From positions 11,782,001-11,846,000 of the forward strand of contig NW_024704743.1 of NCBI RefSeq assembly GCF_018977255.1: 64,000 nt of DNA, written 5' to 3'. The notes under the pieces were generated by a model. It was given only the letters and a program-made list of their open reading frames with translations, was not told the DNA's origin and ran no database searches. Numbering within the stretch: the stretch's first letter is position 1; each line of letters starts with the position of its first letter. The position numbers were made by a program, and so were the translations under genes. This document shows, piece by piece, positions 51,041 to 62,974 of the stretch. The DNA is from Callorhinchus milii. Taxonomy: Eukaryota.

Positions 51041-51283
51041 TAAATGCCTGACCACAGAGAGATGGTCACCAAACGTGGGCGTGGTTATGTGTGAAGTGCT
51101 TCCACGTGATGAATAAGTTTAAAAAATAAATCAAATTCTAAATTTCTTTCACTCCAAACAATAAATAATAAAGTGGTAATAAATGGTAAACAGAGAGTTT
51201 ACAGAAAGAGCATAAACAGTATATAGAGAATGAGTAAACAGTTTACAGGGAGAGAAAGATGCATCATTTATAGAGAGATTACG

Positions 51284-51612
51284 TGGAGTCCTGTAGCTCA
51301 GTGGTTAGAGCACTCGCTTTGCAAGTGAGAGACCTGAGTTCAATTCCAGGCAGAGGGCGAAACCTTGGGCAAGTTTCCTTACTCCACACAGAGCCTAATA
51401 ATAATCCCTCCAAAACCAAAAACAATAATAGATTGGTCATTTTCAATCCACGACTGTTCGTGGGACATTGCTGTGCGCAATTGGCTGCCGCGTTCGCCCA
51501 CAAATATACAGTCAATTCACTTTACAGTGTGTTCTGTGAAGCACTTTGGGACGTCCTCCCGACGTGAAAAGCGCTATATCAAATGCAAGGATTATTATTA
51601 TTATTATTATTA
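51284..51612 (+). mobile_element. Young tRNA-Ala-derived SINE
   Basis: Full head, body and (TTA)n tail. Confidence 0.92.
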
Positions 51613-51837
51613 GAGTACACAGTGAATAAAGAGCTTAGAGAGAGAGTAGCCTGTGAATAGAGAGTTTAGAGAGAGAGTACACAGTGAATAGAGAGTTTAA
51701 AGAGAGAGTACACAGTGAACAGAGAGTTTAGAGAGAGAGTACACAGTGAACAGAGAGTTTAGAGAGAGATTACACAGTGAATAGAGAGTTTAGAGAGAGA
51801 GTACACAGTGAATGGAGTGTTTAGAGAGAGAGAGAGC
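51613..51837. repeat. 31-bp minisatellite (AGAGAGTACACAGTGAATAGAGAGTTTAGAG), about 7 units
   Basis: acagtgaa recurs at 51681, 51712, 51743, 51774, 51805. Confidence 0.9.
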
Positions 51838-54800
51838 GTTGGGGGTGTTGTGAGGGTGTTGGGGCCTGTTGTGAGGGGGTTGGTGGGTATTGTAGGGGTG
51901 TGTTGTGAGGGAGTTGGAGGGTGTTGTGGGGGGGGGTGTTGTGGGAGTTTCGGGGTGTTGTCGGGGTTGGAGGCGTTGTGGGGGGTTTGGGGTCTTTGGG
52001 GGTTGTTGGGGGTGTTGTGGGGTTTCGGGGATGCTGTGGGGATTTGGGGTTGTTGTTGGGTTTGGTTTTTTGGGGGGGGAATTGGGGGTGTTGTGGGGAG
52101 TTGTGGATATTGTGGCGGGGTTGGGAGTTTGTGGGGTGTTGGGGATGTTGTGGGGGAGTTGGGGGTGTTGTGGGAAGGGATGGACATGTTGTGGGGCATT
52201 GTGGGGCGTTGTGGGGGAGTTAGGAGTGTTGTGGGGAGTTGGCGATGTTGTGGGGAGGGTTTGGGGTGTTGTGGGGAGGGTTTGGGATGTTATGGGGAGG
52301 GTTGGGTGTGTTGTGGGGGAGTTGGGGGTGTTGTGGGGAGGGTTTGGGGTGTTGTGGGGAGGGTTGGGGGAGTTGTGGGGGAGTTGGGGGTGTTGTTGCG
52401 AGGGTTGGGTGTGTTGTGGGGGTGTTGGGTGTGTTGTGTGGAGGGTTGGGGTGTTGTGTGGAGGTTTCGGGGTGATGTGGGGAGGGTTGGGGGTGTTGTG
52501 GGGAGGGCTGGGGGTGTTGTGAGAGGGTTGGGGGTGTTGTGGGGGTGTTGGGGGTGTTGTGGGGAGGGATCAGGTTGTTGTGGGGAGGGTTGGGTGTGTT
52601 GTGGGGAGTGTTGCGTGTGTTGTGGGGGTTTGTGGTGTGTTGTGGAGAGTTACGGATGTTGTGGGGGAGATGGAGGCGTTGTGTGGGGTTGGTGTGATTG
52701 TGGGGGTAGGTGGTGTTGTCGGGAGGATTGCGGGTATTGTGGGGTGTGGTGGGGGTTGGGGATGTTGTGGGGATTTGAGGGAGTTGTGGGGGATTTGAGG
52801 TGATTGTGGGGGTTTTGGTGGTGTTGTGGGGGTTTGGGTGGTATTGTGGGGTTTGGGTGGTGTTGTGGGCGGGTTGGGGGTGTTTTGGGGAGGATTGGGG
52901 GTGTTTTGGGGGAGTTGGGGTTGTTGCGGGGAGGGTTGGTGGTGTTGTGGGGGGTTGGGGATGTTGTGGGGGAGTTGGGGTGTTGTGTGGAGGTTGGAGG
53001 GTTTGGGGGGTTGTGTGGAGGTTGGGGGTTTGGGGGGCTGTGTGGGGGGTTTGGGCAGGTTGTGTGGGGGATTGGGGGGGTTGTGTGGGAGGGGTTGCGG
53101 GGGTTGTGTTGGGGTTTTGTGGGGAGGTTGGGGGGTTATGTGGAGGGTTGCGGGGGTTATCTGGAGGGTTGGGGTGTTGTGTGTGGGTAGGTGTGGGGGG
53201 GGGGGTTGTGTGGGGGAGTTTGTGTGGGGGGGTTGGTGGGGGCTTGTGTGAGGGGGGTGGTTGGTGGGGACGGTTGTGTGGGCAAGTTGTGTGGGGGGAT
53301 TGGTGGGGTGGTTGGTGGGGCGGGTTGTGTGGGGGGTTGGTGGGGCTGCTGTGTGGGGGGTTTGGTGGGCCGGATTGTGTGGGGGCGTTGGTGGGGGGTT
53401 GAGTGGGGTTGTTGTATGGGGGGGTTGGAGGGGGGTTGTGTGGGGGGGTTGGTGGGCCGGGTTGTTTGTGCTGGGGTTGGTGGGGGTGTTGTATGGGGGG
53501 TTGGTGGGGGTGTTGTGTGGGGGGGTTGTGTGGGGGGTTGGTGAGCCGGGTTGTTTGTGCTGGGGTTGGTGGGGGTGTTGTGTGGGGGGGTTGGTGGGGG
53601 TGTTGTGTGGGGGGTTGGTGGGGGATGTTGTGTGTGGGTTGTGAGTGTGGGGGTGTGTGAGGGTGTTGTGTGTGGGGGTGTGTGGGGGTGTGTGGGGGTG
53701 TGGGGGTGGGGTGGTGGGGGTGTTGTGTGTGGGGGGGTGTGGGGGTGTTGTGTGTGGGGGTGTGTGGGGGTGGGGTGGTGGGGGGTGTTGTGTGTGGGGG
53801 GGTGTGGGGGGTGTTGTGTGTGGGGGTGTGTGGGGTGGGTGGTGGGGGTGTTGTGTGTGGGGGGGTGTGGGGGCTGTTGTGTGTGGGGGGGTGTGGGGGG
53901 TGTTGTGTGTGGGGGTGTGTGGGGGGTGTTGTGTGTGGGGGTGTGTGGGGGGTGTTGTGTGTTGGTTGTGTGTGGGGGTGTGTTTGGGGTGGGGGTGTTG
54001 TGTGTGGGGTGTGTGTGGTGGGTGTTGTGTGTGGGGGTGTGTGGGGGGGGGCTGGTGTGGGGGTGGTGGGGGGTGTTGTGTGTGGGGGGTGTGGGGGGTG
54101 TTGTGTGTGTGGGGGTGGGGGGTGTCTGGGGGTGTTGTGTGTGGGGGCGTGTGGGGGTGTGTTGTGTGTGGGGGTGGAGCGTGTTGTGTGGGGGTGTGTG
54201 TGGGTGTGTGGGGGGGTGTGGGGGTGGGGGGTGTTGTGTGTGAGGGGGTGGGGGGTGTTGTGTGTGTGGGTGTGGGTGTGGGGGGGGGTTGGGGGGTGTT
54301 GTGTGTGTGGGTGTGTGTGTGTGGGGGTGGAGCGTGTTGTGTGGGGTGTGTGTGGGGGTGTGTGTGTGGGGTGTGTTGTGTGTGGGGGTGTGTGTGGGGG
54401 TGTGGGGGTGGGGGTTGTGTAGGGGTGTGTGGGGTGGGGGGTGTGTGTGGGGTGTGTGTGGGTGTGTGTGGGGGTGTGGGGGTGGGGGTGTTGTGTGTGG
54501 GGGCGTGTGTGGGGGTGTGTTGTGTGTGGGGGTGGAGGGTGTTGTGTGGGTGTGTGTGTGGGGGGGTGGTGTGTGTGGGGGTGTGTTGTGTGTGGGGGGT
54601 GTGTGTGGGGGGGTGTGGGGGTTGGGGGGTTGTGTTGGGGTGTGTGGGGGTGGGGGTGTGTGTGGGGGTGTGTGTGGGGGGTGTGGGTGGGGGGTGTGGG
54701 GGTGGGGGTGTTGTGTGTGAGGGGTGGGGGTGTTGTGTGTGTGGGGGTGGGGGGTGTTGTGTGTGTGGGTGTGTGTGTGGGGGGGGTGTGGGGTGGGGGT

Positions 54801-56552
54801 TTGTGTGTGGGGGTGGGGGTGTGGGGGTGGGGGGTGTTGTGTGTGGGGTGTTGTGTGTGTGGGGTGGGGGGTGTTGTGTGTGTGGGGGGGGGTGTTGTGT
54901 GTGTGGGGGTGGGGTGTGTGTGGGGGGGTGTTGTGTGTGTGGGGGGTGGTGGGGGGTGTTGTGTGTGGGGGGTGTGGGGGTGTGTGTGTGGGGGGGGGGT
55001 GGGGGGTGTCTGGGGTGTTGTGTGTGGGGGGTGTGTGGGGTGTGTTGTGTGTGGGGTGGAGGGTGTTGTGTGGGGGTGTGTGTGGGGGTGTGTGTGTGGG
55101 GTGTGTTGTGTGTGGGGGTGTGTGTGGGGGGTGTGGGGGTGGGGGTTGTGTAGGGGTGTGTGGGGTGTGGTGGGGGTGTGTGTGGGGGTGTGTGTGGGGG
55201 GGGTGGGGTGTGGGGGTGGTGGGGGGTGTTGTGTGTGGGGGGTGTGGGGGTGTTGTGTGTGTGGGGGTGGGGGGTGTCTGGGGGTGTTGTGTGTGGGGGT
55301 GTGTGGGGGTGGGTGTTGTGTGGGGTGTGTGTGTGGGGGGGTGTGTGGTGTGGGGTTGTGTGGGGTGGTGGGGGTGGGGGGTGTGTGTGGGGTGTGTGGG
55401 GTGTGGGGGGTGTGTGTGTGTGAGGGGGTGGGGTGTTGTGTGTGTGGGTGTGGGTGTGGGGGGGGGTTGGGGGTGTTGTGTGGTGTGGGTGTGTGTGTGG
55501 GGGTGGAGCGTGTTGTGTGGGGGTTGTGTGTGGGGGTGTGTGTGTGGGGTGTGTTGTGTGTGGGGGTGTGTGTGGGGGTGTGGGGTGGGGGTTGTGTAGG
55601 GGTGTGTGGGGGTGGGGTGTGTGTGGGGGTGTGTGTGGGTGTGTGTGGGGGGTGTGGGGGTGGGGGTGTTGTGTGTGGGGCTGTGTGGGGGTGTGTTGTG
55701 TGTGGGGTGTGTGGGGGGTGTGTGGGGTGGGGGTGTGTGTGGGGGTGTGTGTGTGGGGGTGTGTGTGGGGTGTGTGTGGGGTGTGTGTGTGTGGGGGTGT
55801 GGGTGGGGTGTGGGGGTGTGGGGGTGGGGGGTTGTGTGTGGGGTGTGTGGGGTGTGTGTGGGTGGGGGGTGTGTGGGGGTGTTGTGTGTGTGGGGTGGGG
55901 TGTGTGTGGGGGGGTGTTTGAGTGTGGGGGGGGGGGTGGGGGTGTTGTGTGTGTGGGGGGGAGTGTGGGGGTGGGGTGTGTGTGTGGGGGGTGGGGTGTT
56001 GTGTGTGTGGGGGTGGGGTGTGTGGGGTGTTGTGTGTGGGGGGGTGTGGGGTGTTGTGTGTGTGGGGGGTGGGGGGTGTTGTGTGGGTGGGGGGTGTGGG
56101 GGGTGGGGTGGGTGTGTGTGGGGGGGGTGGGTGTTGTGTGTGTGGGGTGGGTGTGTGGGTGTGTGGTGTGTGGGGGGTGTGGGGGGGGGTGTGTGGGGGT
56201 GGGGGTGTTGTGTGGGTGTGTGTGGGGTGTGTGTGTGGGGGTGTGTTGTGGTGTGGGGTGTGTGTGGGGGGTGTGGGGTGGGGTGTGTTGGTGTGTGGGG
56301 GGGTGTGTGTGTGGGGTGTGTGTGGGTGTGTGTGGTGTGGGGTGTGTTGTGTGTGGGGGTGTGTGGGGGGGTGGTGGGGTGTGGGGGTTGTGTATGGGGT
56401 GTGTGGGGGTGGTGTGGGTGGGGGGTGTGGTGGGGGGTGTGTGGGGTGGGGGGTGTGTGTGGGGGTGTGTGTGGTGGGGGGTGTGGTGTGGGGTGTGTGT
56501 GTGGGGTGTGTTGTGTGTGGGGTGGTGTGTGTGGGGTGTGGGGGGGGGGGGT
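51838..56552. repeat. G/T-rich low-complexity satellite (GGGGTGTTGTGT-like)
   Basis: Almost only G and T on +; dense G-runs. Confidence 0.95.
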
Positions 56553-56577
56553 NNNNNNNNNNNNNNNNNNNNNNNNN
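56553..56577. other. Assembly gap (N run)
   Basis: Run of N. Confidence 1.
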
Positions 56578-57660
56578 CTGTGTGTGTGTGTCTGTGTGTG
56601 TGTCTGTGTGAGTGTCTGTGTGTGTGTGTCTGTGTGTGAGTGTGTCTGTGTGTCTGTGAGTGTCTGTGTGTGTGTGTCTGTGAGTGTCTGTGTGTGTGTG
56701 TCTGTGTGAGTGTCTGTGTGTGTGTGTCTGTGTGTGTGTCTGTGAGTGTGTCTGTGTGAGTGTCTGTGTGTGTGTGTCTGTGTGTGAGTGTGTGTGTCTG
56801 TGTGTCTGTGTGTGTGTCTGTGTGTGTGTCTGTGTGTGTGTCTGTGTGAGTGTCTGTGTGTGTGTGTCTGTGTGTGAGTGTGTCTGTGTGTGTGTCTGTG
56901 AGTGTCTGTGTGTGTGTGTCTGTGAGTGTCTGTGTGTGTGTGTCTGTGTGAGTGTGTGTGTCTGTGTGAGTGTCTGTGTGTGTGTCTGTGAGTGTCTGTG
57001 TGTGTGTGTCTGTGTGTGAGTGTGTCTGTGTGTGTGTCTGTGAGTGTCTGTGTGTGTGTGTCTGTGTGAGTGTCTGTGTGTGTGTGTCTGTGTGTGTGTG
57101 TGTGTGAGTCTGTGTGTTTGTCTGTGTGTGTGTGTCTGTGTGAGTGTGTGTCTGTGTGAGTGTGTGTGTGTGTGTCTGTGTGAGTGTGTGTGTGAGTGTC
57201 TGTGTGTGTGTCTGTGAGTCTGTGTGAGTGTGTGTGTGTGTGAGTGTGTGTGTCTGTGTGAGTGTCTGTGTGAGTCTGTGTGAGTGTGTGTGTGTCTGTG
57301 TGAGTGTCTGTGTGTGTGTCTGTGTGAGTCTGTGTGAGTGTGTGTCTGTGTGAGTCTGTGTGTGTCTGTGTGAGTGTCTGTGTGTGTGTCTGTGTGAGTG
57401 TCTGTGTGTGTGTCTGTGTGAGTCTGTGTGAGTGTGTGTCTGTGTGAGTGTCTGTGTGAGTGTCTGTGTGAGTGTCTGTGTGTGTGTCTGTGTGAGTCTG
57501 TGTGAGTGTCTGTGTGAGTCTGTGTGAGTGTGTGTCTCTGTGAGTCTGTGTGTGTGTGAGTCTGTGTGTGTGAGTGTCTGTGTGTGTGTCTGTGTTTGTC
57601 TGTCTCTCTGTGTCTGTGTGTCTCTCTGTGTGTCTCCCTGTGTGTCTGTGTGTGTGTCTG
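56578..57660. repeat. (TG)/(GTCT)-type complex microsatellite abutting XRCC2 start
   Basis: gtctgtgtgagt units up to 57660; ATG at 57671. Confidence 0.95.
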
Positions 57661-57670
57661 TCCCGGCGCA

Positions 57671-57709
57671 ATGACGGCTGATTTTCGGGTGAGTGAGTCG
57701 GGTTCTGAG
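57671..57709 (+). CDS. XRCC2: XRCC2 (RAD51 paralog) coding exon 1
   Basis: ATG ... GAG|gtaaga; 39 nt, MTADFRVSESGSE (recalled human MCSAFHRAESGTE); phase 0 joins exon 2. Confidence 0.9.
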
Positions 57710-58024
57710 GTAAGAAAGAGCCGCATTAAGTGACTGTGTGTGTGTCTGTGTGTCTGTGTGTCAGCCCCTTAATTATTATAAGGAAATATTTGTATGTGTG
57801 ACTTCCTGCGGCCTGAGCCTGTGCCCTGTGCCCCTGGTACAGAGGAAGGCAGATCCTCACAAGTGTTGATTTATTTTATTGTATTTTCACTTGCTTCAGT
57901 TTCATGAATTTTGTTGATCCTTAAATCGTATCCCCAGTGCTTATCCAATACTCAAGCTGTGTATATTTTTTGAGTGTCGGTCGGGCTCAAAGTTGTTTCT
58001 TAATGTGGAGTCTTATTCTTATTG

Positions 58025-58346
58025 TGGAGTCCTGTAGCTCAGTGGTTAGAGCACTCGCTTTGCAAGTGAGAGACCGGAGTTCAATTCCAGGCAGAGGGCG
58101 AAACCTTGGGCAAGTTTCCTTACTCCACACAGAGCCTAATAATAATCCCTTCAAAACAAAAAACAATAATAAATTGGTCATTTTCAATCTACGACCGTTT
58201 GTGGGACATTGCTGTGCGCAATTGGCTGCCGCGTTCGCCCACAAATATACAGTCAATTCACTTTACAGTGTGTTCTGTGAAGCGCTTTGGGTCGTCCTTC
58301 CGACGTGAAAAGCGCTATATCAAATGCAAGGATTATTATTATTATT
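58025..58346 (+). mobile_element. Young tRNA-Ala-derived SINE in XRCC2 intron 1
   Basis: Full head, body and tail. Confidence 0.92.
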
Positions 58347-59569
58347 CTCCTTAACAGAACTTTTGTAAAGTTTATCCTGAGACTTGTTTCTCCCGTTTAT
58401 GTAACAGAAAACAACTCAATACCTAGTCTGGCTGTGAACTCAATCACATCTCTAAATGGTGGACTTGCTGGTTTAGACTGATGGTGATGCTGATGTAAAA
58501 GTAGAACAGATCTGTCCAAGTAGCACTGACATCTGTCAACCTGCTGAGCACAACTACATTTTATTGTAACAAAATTATATTTCAGAACAATTTGCTTCAT
58601 AAATTTATAGAATGTGCTACAGCACAGATTTGGCTCATTTGGCCCATCAAGTCTGCTGCTGATTTTCTCCTCGTGATCCACCTCATCAAATCCTCAGTCT
58701 TGCTCACTGTCCTATCCTTTGATAATGCTGCTTTTTTCCTGAAGCCTGATTTAATTTTCATTTTCCAGCGGGAATGTACCAAGTCTTGTCTCCAGTATGT
58801 TTCGAAATCAATACCTTAAAGTGTTGGGAACCCACGGCATCAAATCCATACTCCACTGGACACCACCCCAGCTTTCATTTTCTAATGGAATCATAGCTAG
58901 AACATCACCTATGGATTCATAGAAAATGACAGCACAGAAACAGGCCATTTGCCCTATCAAGTCTGCTTATTGTGCATTTCTCTACATGCGCCATCTGATC
59001 TACTAACTTATCTCAAAAGTAAATGTACTGTGTTTCTGGTTTGAATTATCACTTTTTGTCTCCCTTATAATGGAAACCATTACCTGCAAGCTAAAGTTCT
59101 TGCAATGCTAAAAAGCAAATAATCCTGCAGGAAAAAATTGTCACACAATTACCATATAATAAAGCGATACTCTACCACTACATTGTAATATAGCACCTTA
59201 TCACGTCGTTGAGACATCTCAGAGAACTTCACTAAATATGTTATAAAGTGGATTGACTGTGTATTTTGTGAGCGAATTGCGGCAGCCAATTGCACACAGC
59301 CATGTCCCACAAACAGTCGTGGATTTTATTAGTACTCCTAAGGGGATCCGAGTATCATGTCAGTAACAAACTTGTGCTCGATTACTGGACTGAATTCAGT
59401 TTGAGACGTTCTCATGAAATATGAGGTCTGCTACCACATGGCAGCACGGTTTACTCCTGGCAGTGGAGATGGAGATGTTTTTAGAAACTTTGTGGGCATC
59501 ATAAAAATGTATGAAGATGAGATCAAATGGGTTGAAGTTCCTTCCTCAACTGAAAGATCTTGTCCAGTG

Positions 59570-61245
59570 AACAACAAAATTACATCTATAGAGCGCCTTT
59601 TACGTTGGGAGGATGTCCCAAGACCCTGGACAGTCAGGGGTCAGGACCCGAGCATGCGGGTGGGGTAGGAGTGAGGGAAGGCAGAGAGGTGGGAGGGTGA
59701 CTGAAGGCATGATCGAAGAGGAGGGTCTTGAGACCGGCCTTGAAGGAGACAAGGGAGGAAGCGAGTCGAAGGGACCGTGGGATAGAGTTCCAGAGTGTGT
59801 GGACGGAGATGCTGAAAGCTCAGCCACAGACTGTAGAGCGGGTTGGGCGGGAGACATGGAGCAAGCCGGAGCCCGATGAATGGAGGGAGCGGGCAGGTTA
59901 TTAGGGAGTCAGCAGGTCAGAGAGGTAGGAGGGGGCAAGGCCGAAAGTGAGGACGAGGATCTTGAATTCTCTCTCATCCAGGACTCGATGTTGGCCAGGC
60001 AGTCGGTCAGTACTCCTGGAGTTGAGGGTGGAGGCAGAGAGATAGAGTTGGGTGTTATCTACATACATGTGGAAATTTGCCCCATGTCTACGGATGATGT
60101 CACCAAGGGGGAGCATGTAGAGGGTGAAGAGGAGGGGACCGAGGACAGAGTCCTGAGGAACGACGCACAAGACGGTGCGGGGGCTGGAGGAGAAGCCGTT
60201 TGCTGAGATGAAGTGGAGGCAGTGTGAAAGGTAGGACCTGAACCAGTCAAGGACAGAACCTTGAAGGTTGACGTGGGAGGAGAGTCGGTGGAGGAGGTTT
60301 GAGTGGTCCACAGTATCAAAGGCATTGGAGAGGACGAGGAGGCAGAGGGAGCCCTGGTCACACATGGTCAGGATGTCATTTGTGACCTTGACCAGAGCAG
60401 TTTCTGTGCTGTGCGCAGCATGGAAACCTGATTGGAGGGGCTCATGGAGTAAATGGGAGGAGAGGAAAGAGCAAAGCTGGGAGTCATGGCTCTCTCAAGG
60501 ACCTTAGACAGAAAAGGGAGGTTGGAGATGGGCCGGTAGCTGGATAGCTGTGATGGGTCAAGGGAAGGTTTCTTCAAGGTGGGGGTGATAGTGGCTGTTT
60601 TGACAGGGTTAGGAACAGAGCCAGATGACAGACGAGGCTGATGATGTCGGCAAGTAGTGGGGCAAGGAGGTGGAGCTGGGATTTAAGGAGATGGGTGGGG
60701 ATGGGGTCCAGGGAGCAGCTTGTGAACTTCATGGAGGATATAGTGGTGATAACAGAGGAGGGGGTGACAGGTTCAAAGGTGTGGAAGGAGGGAGTAGTGG
60801 TCGGAGTGTGGGGGGTGGGAGGGAGTGGCAGTCGAGCGGATTCCCTTGATTTTGATTAGGAGGCAGTTCGGGAGGTGAGGGGGGCAAGGGCATTGAGTGT
60901 GGTGGAGACGGTGCTGTGGAGAAGAGTAAGCGCAGTGAGTAGGTTGGTGCGAGAGGTGGGCCAGAGGAGGAGGAGTTCAGAGGACTCCAGGGCAGTGGAG
61001 AGGGATTGCAGGGAGATCTTCTTCCACAGGCGATAGAAGATGGTGGTAGGTTTGGAAGGAGTGGGGAGAGGGATATGGGAGTTGAGAGAGATGAAATGGT
61101 GGTCAGAGATGACTTTGTCAGTGGTGACATCCGAGACACTGAGGCCCTGGGTGATCACCAGGTCGAGCGGGTGGCCGTGAACGTCGGTAGCAGAGTGGAT
61201 GTGAAGGGAGGGGTTGAGAGAGCAGAGAGGAGAAGTCTGAGTGAA
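59570..61245 (-). mobile_element. L2 LINE with internal deletions (endonuclease end through 3' end)
   Basis: HGHPLDLVIT..ISDHHFI (APE), YRPISNLPFLSK, AFDTVDH, YVDNTQLY. Confidence 0.9.
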
Positions 61246-61665
61246 AACTTTCAAGTCCACATGCCTTGTTTAACAAAAAATTATTTGGAACTAATTTTCT
61301 GCATTCCAAGAATAATTTCTCTTGAGAGTTTGCTACCACTGTACTAACTTGTAACTGACAAACACAGCGATAGCTGAGCTTCTTCTGGCTAGAGATACAG
61401 CTTCTTCAAGGAGCAGGGAGAAGTTTACTACAAACAGTTTTAAAACTAAAGTGGTAGACAATCAGTTACTGTAATTTGTTTCAGTAATAATAATTCTTGC
61501 TTTTGATGCAGCATCTGCAGTATTGACATCTCAAAACGCTTCGCAGATATTTGCTGTCAAGTGTAGTTAGTGTATTTATTAAACACTTCCAAGATACTAA
61601 GACGCATGAAGGGCAAGTAGTTATTTCTTTATTTATTAAACTACTTTTTCTTAACCTTTTTGCAG

Positions 61666-61747
61666 TTGCTTGCCAGACTTAAAGGAAGAAGCTCTCTGAA
61701 AAATCTTGAACCAAGACTTTTTACAGAGGAAGGATTGGCAAGTCATG
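61666..61747 (+). CDS. XRCC2: XRCC2 coding exon 2
   Basis: Strong acceptor ctttttcttaacctttttgcag| and donor catg|gtaaga. Encodes LLARLKGRSSLKNLEPRLFTEEGLASH(G); recalled human [28 protein letters not shown]. Confidence 0.93.
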
Positions 61748-62242
61748 GTAAGATTTCTCCAAAGGTATATCGTTCTGTGGGGGTTAAATTTGTTACCTTA
61801 TCTAGTTAAGACCAGATCATTTTCTCTTCCAGTTATAGTTCTATTCTTTGGCCCAACAGTTTGTTCGAATTACAATGGGCTGATTTGCTTGCCCAAAGGA
61901 TAGATCGCAGTAAGGTTGGATTTATGCCAGAGTGTCCTATCTTGTCATAGACTGAATGGTTATTTTGATCCTTGTTATCAGAGGAAAGATCTGCATTATT
62001 AGGATTAAATCATCCTGACCAGTCTAGTAACATTTTTATAATCTGATGAGAGAGCTTCAATGCAGTGTTTACATCAATGCATAGCACTGCTGATAGCCAT
62101 ATAGCTGAGCAGATGCAACAACACTGTTACCAACTCCGGCATCTCTTAATCTCTCTGTAAATTCAGTTTGGACAATTTGTGACCAAGCCAGAAAGACATC
62201 TTGAGATATAAACACTTTTTTAAGATTGCAATGAAAAGATTA

Positions 62243-62955
62243 AACAACAACAACAAGATTCCACTTATAGAGCACCTTTCACGTCGGGAGGACGTCCCAA
62301 GGCGCTGGACAGCTGGGTCAGGACCCAAGCCTTGGGGGGAAAATGGTGAGGGGAGGGAAGGGAGGGAGCGAGGAGGGGGGAAATGGTCAGGGTGAGGGGA
62401 GGGAAGGAGGGAGGGAGTGAGGAGGGGGTAGAGAGTCGAGAGGGGAGCTGAAGGCATGGTCAAAGAGAAAGGTCTTGAGACCGTCCTTGAAGGAGGAAAG
62501 GGAGGAGGCGGCGAAGGCACTGGGGGATGGAGTTCCAGAGCCTAGGGGCTGAGAGGCTGAAGGCCCGGCCACCGATGGTAGGGCGGTTGGGGCGGGGGAT
62601 GTGGAGGAGACCGGAGCCGGAGGAACGGAGGGTACGGGCAGGTAGGTAGGGGATAGTAGGTCAGAGAGGTAGGAGGGAGCAAGGCCGTGAATGGCCTTGT
62701 AGGTGAGGATGAGGATCTTGAATTCGATCCTCTGGGGATGGGGAGCCAGTGGAGGCGAGCGAGGGTGGGAGTGATGTGGTCCCGAAGCCTGGTGCGGGAC
62801 AGTACACGAGCTGCACAGTTCTGAATGACGTGCAGCTTGTGGAGGGAGGTGCCGGGAAGGCCGGCGAGGAGAGACATCCCATAGTCCAGCCTTGAGGTGA
62901 TAAAGGCGTGGACCAGAGTTTCAGCAGCGTGAGGGGTGTGCCGTAGTCTGGCGAT
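62243..62955 (-). mobile_element. Young L2 3' part in XRCC2 intron 2
   Basis: RTRLRDHITPTLARLHWLPIP; about 2 VNTR units; (TTG)n tail. Confidence 0.92.
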
Positions 62956-62974
62956 TAAAATTGCTTAACAGTAA

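Noticed and set aside
51838..56552. Interstitial telomere
   Set aside because: No TTAGGG arrays; the units are irregular G/T.
51759..57726. 1718-aa and 1504-aa ORFs
   Set aside because: Low-complexity repeat read through an N gap; no coding signature.
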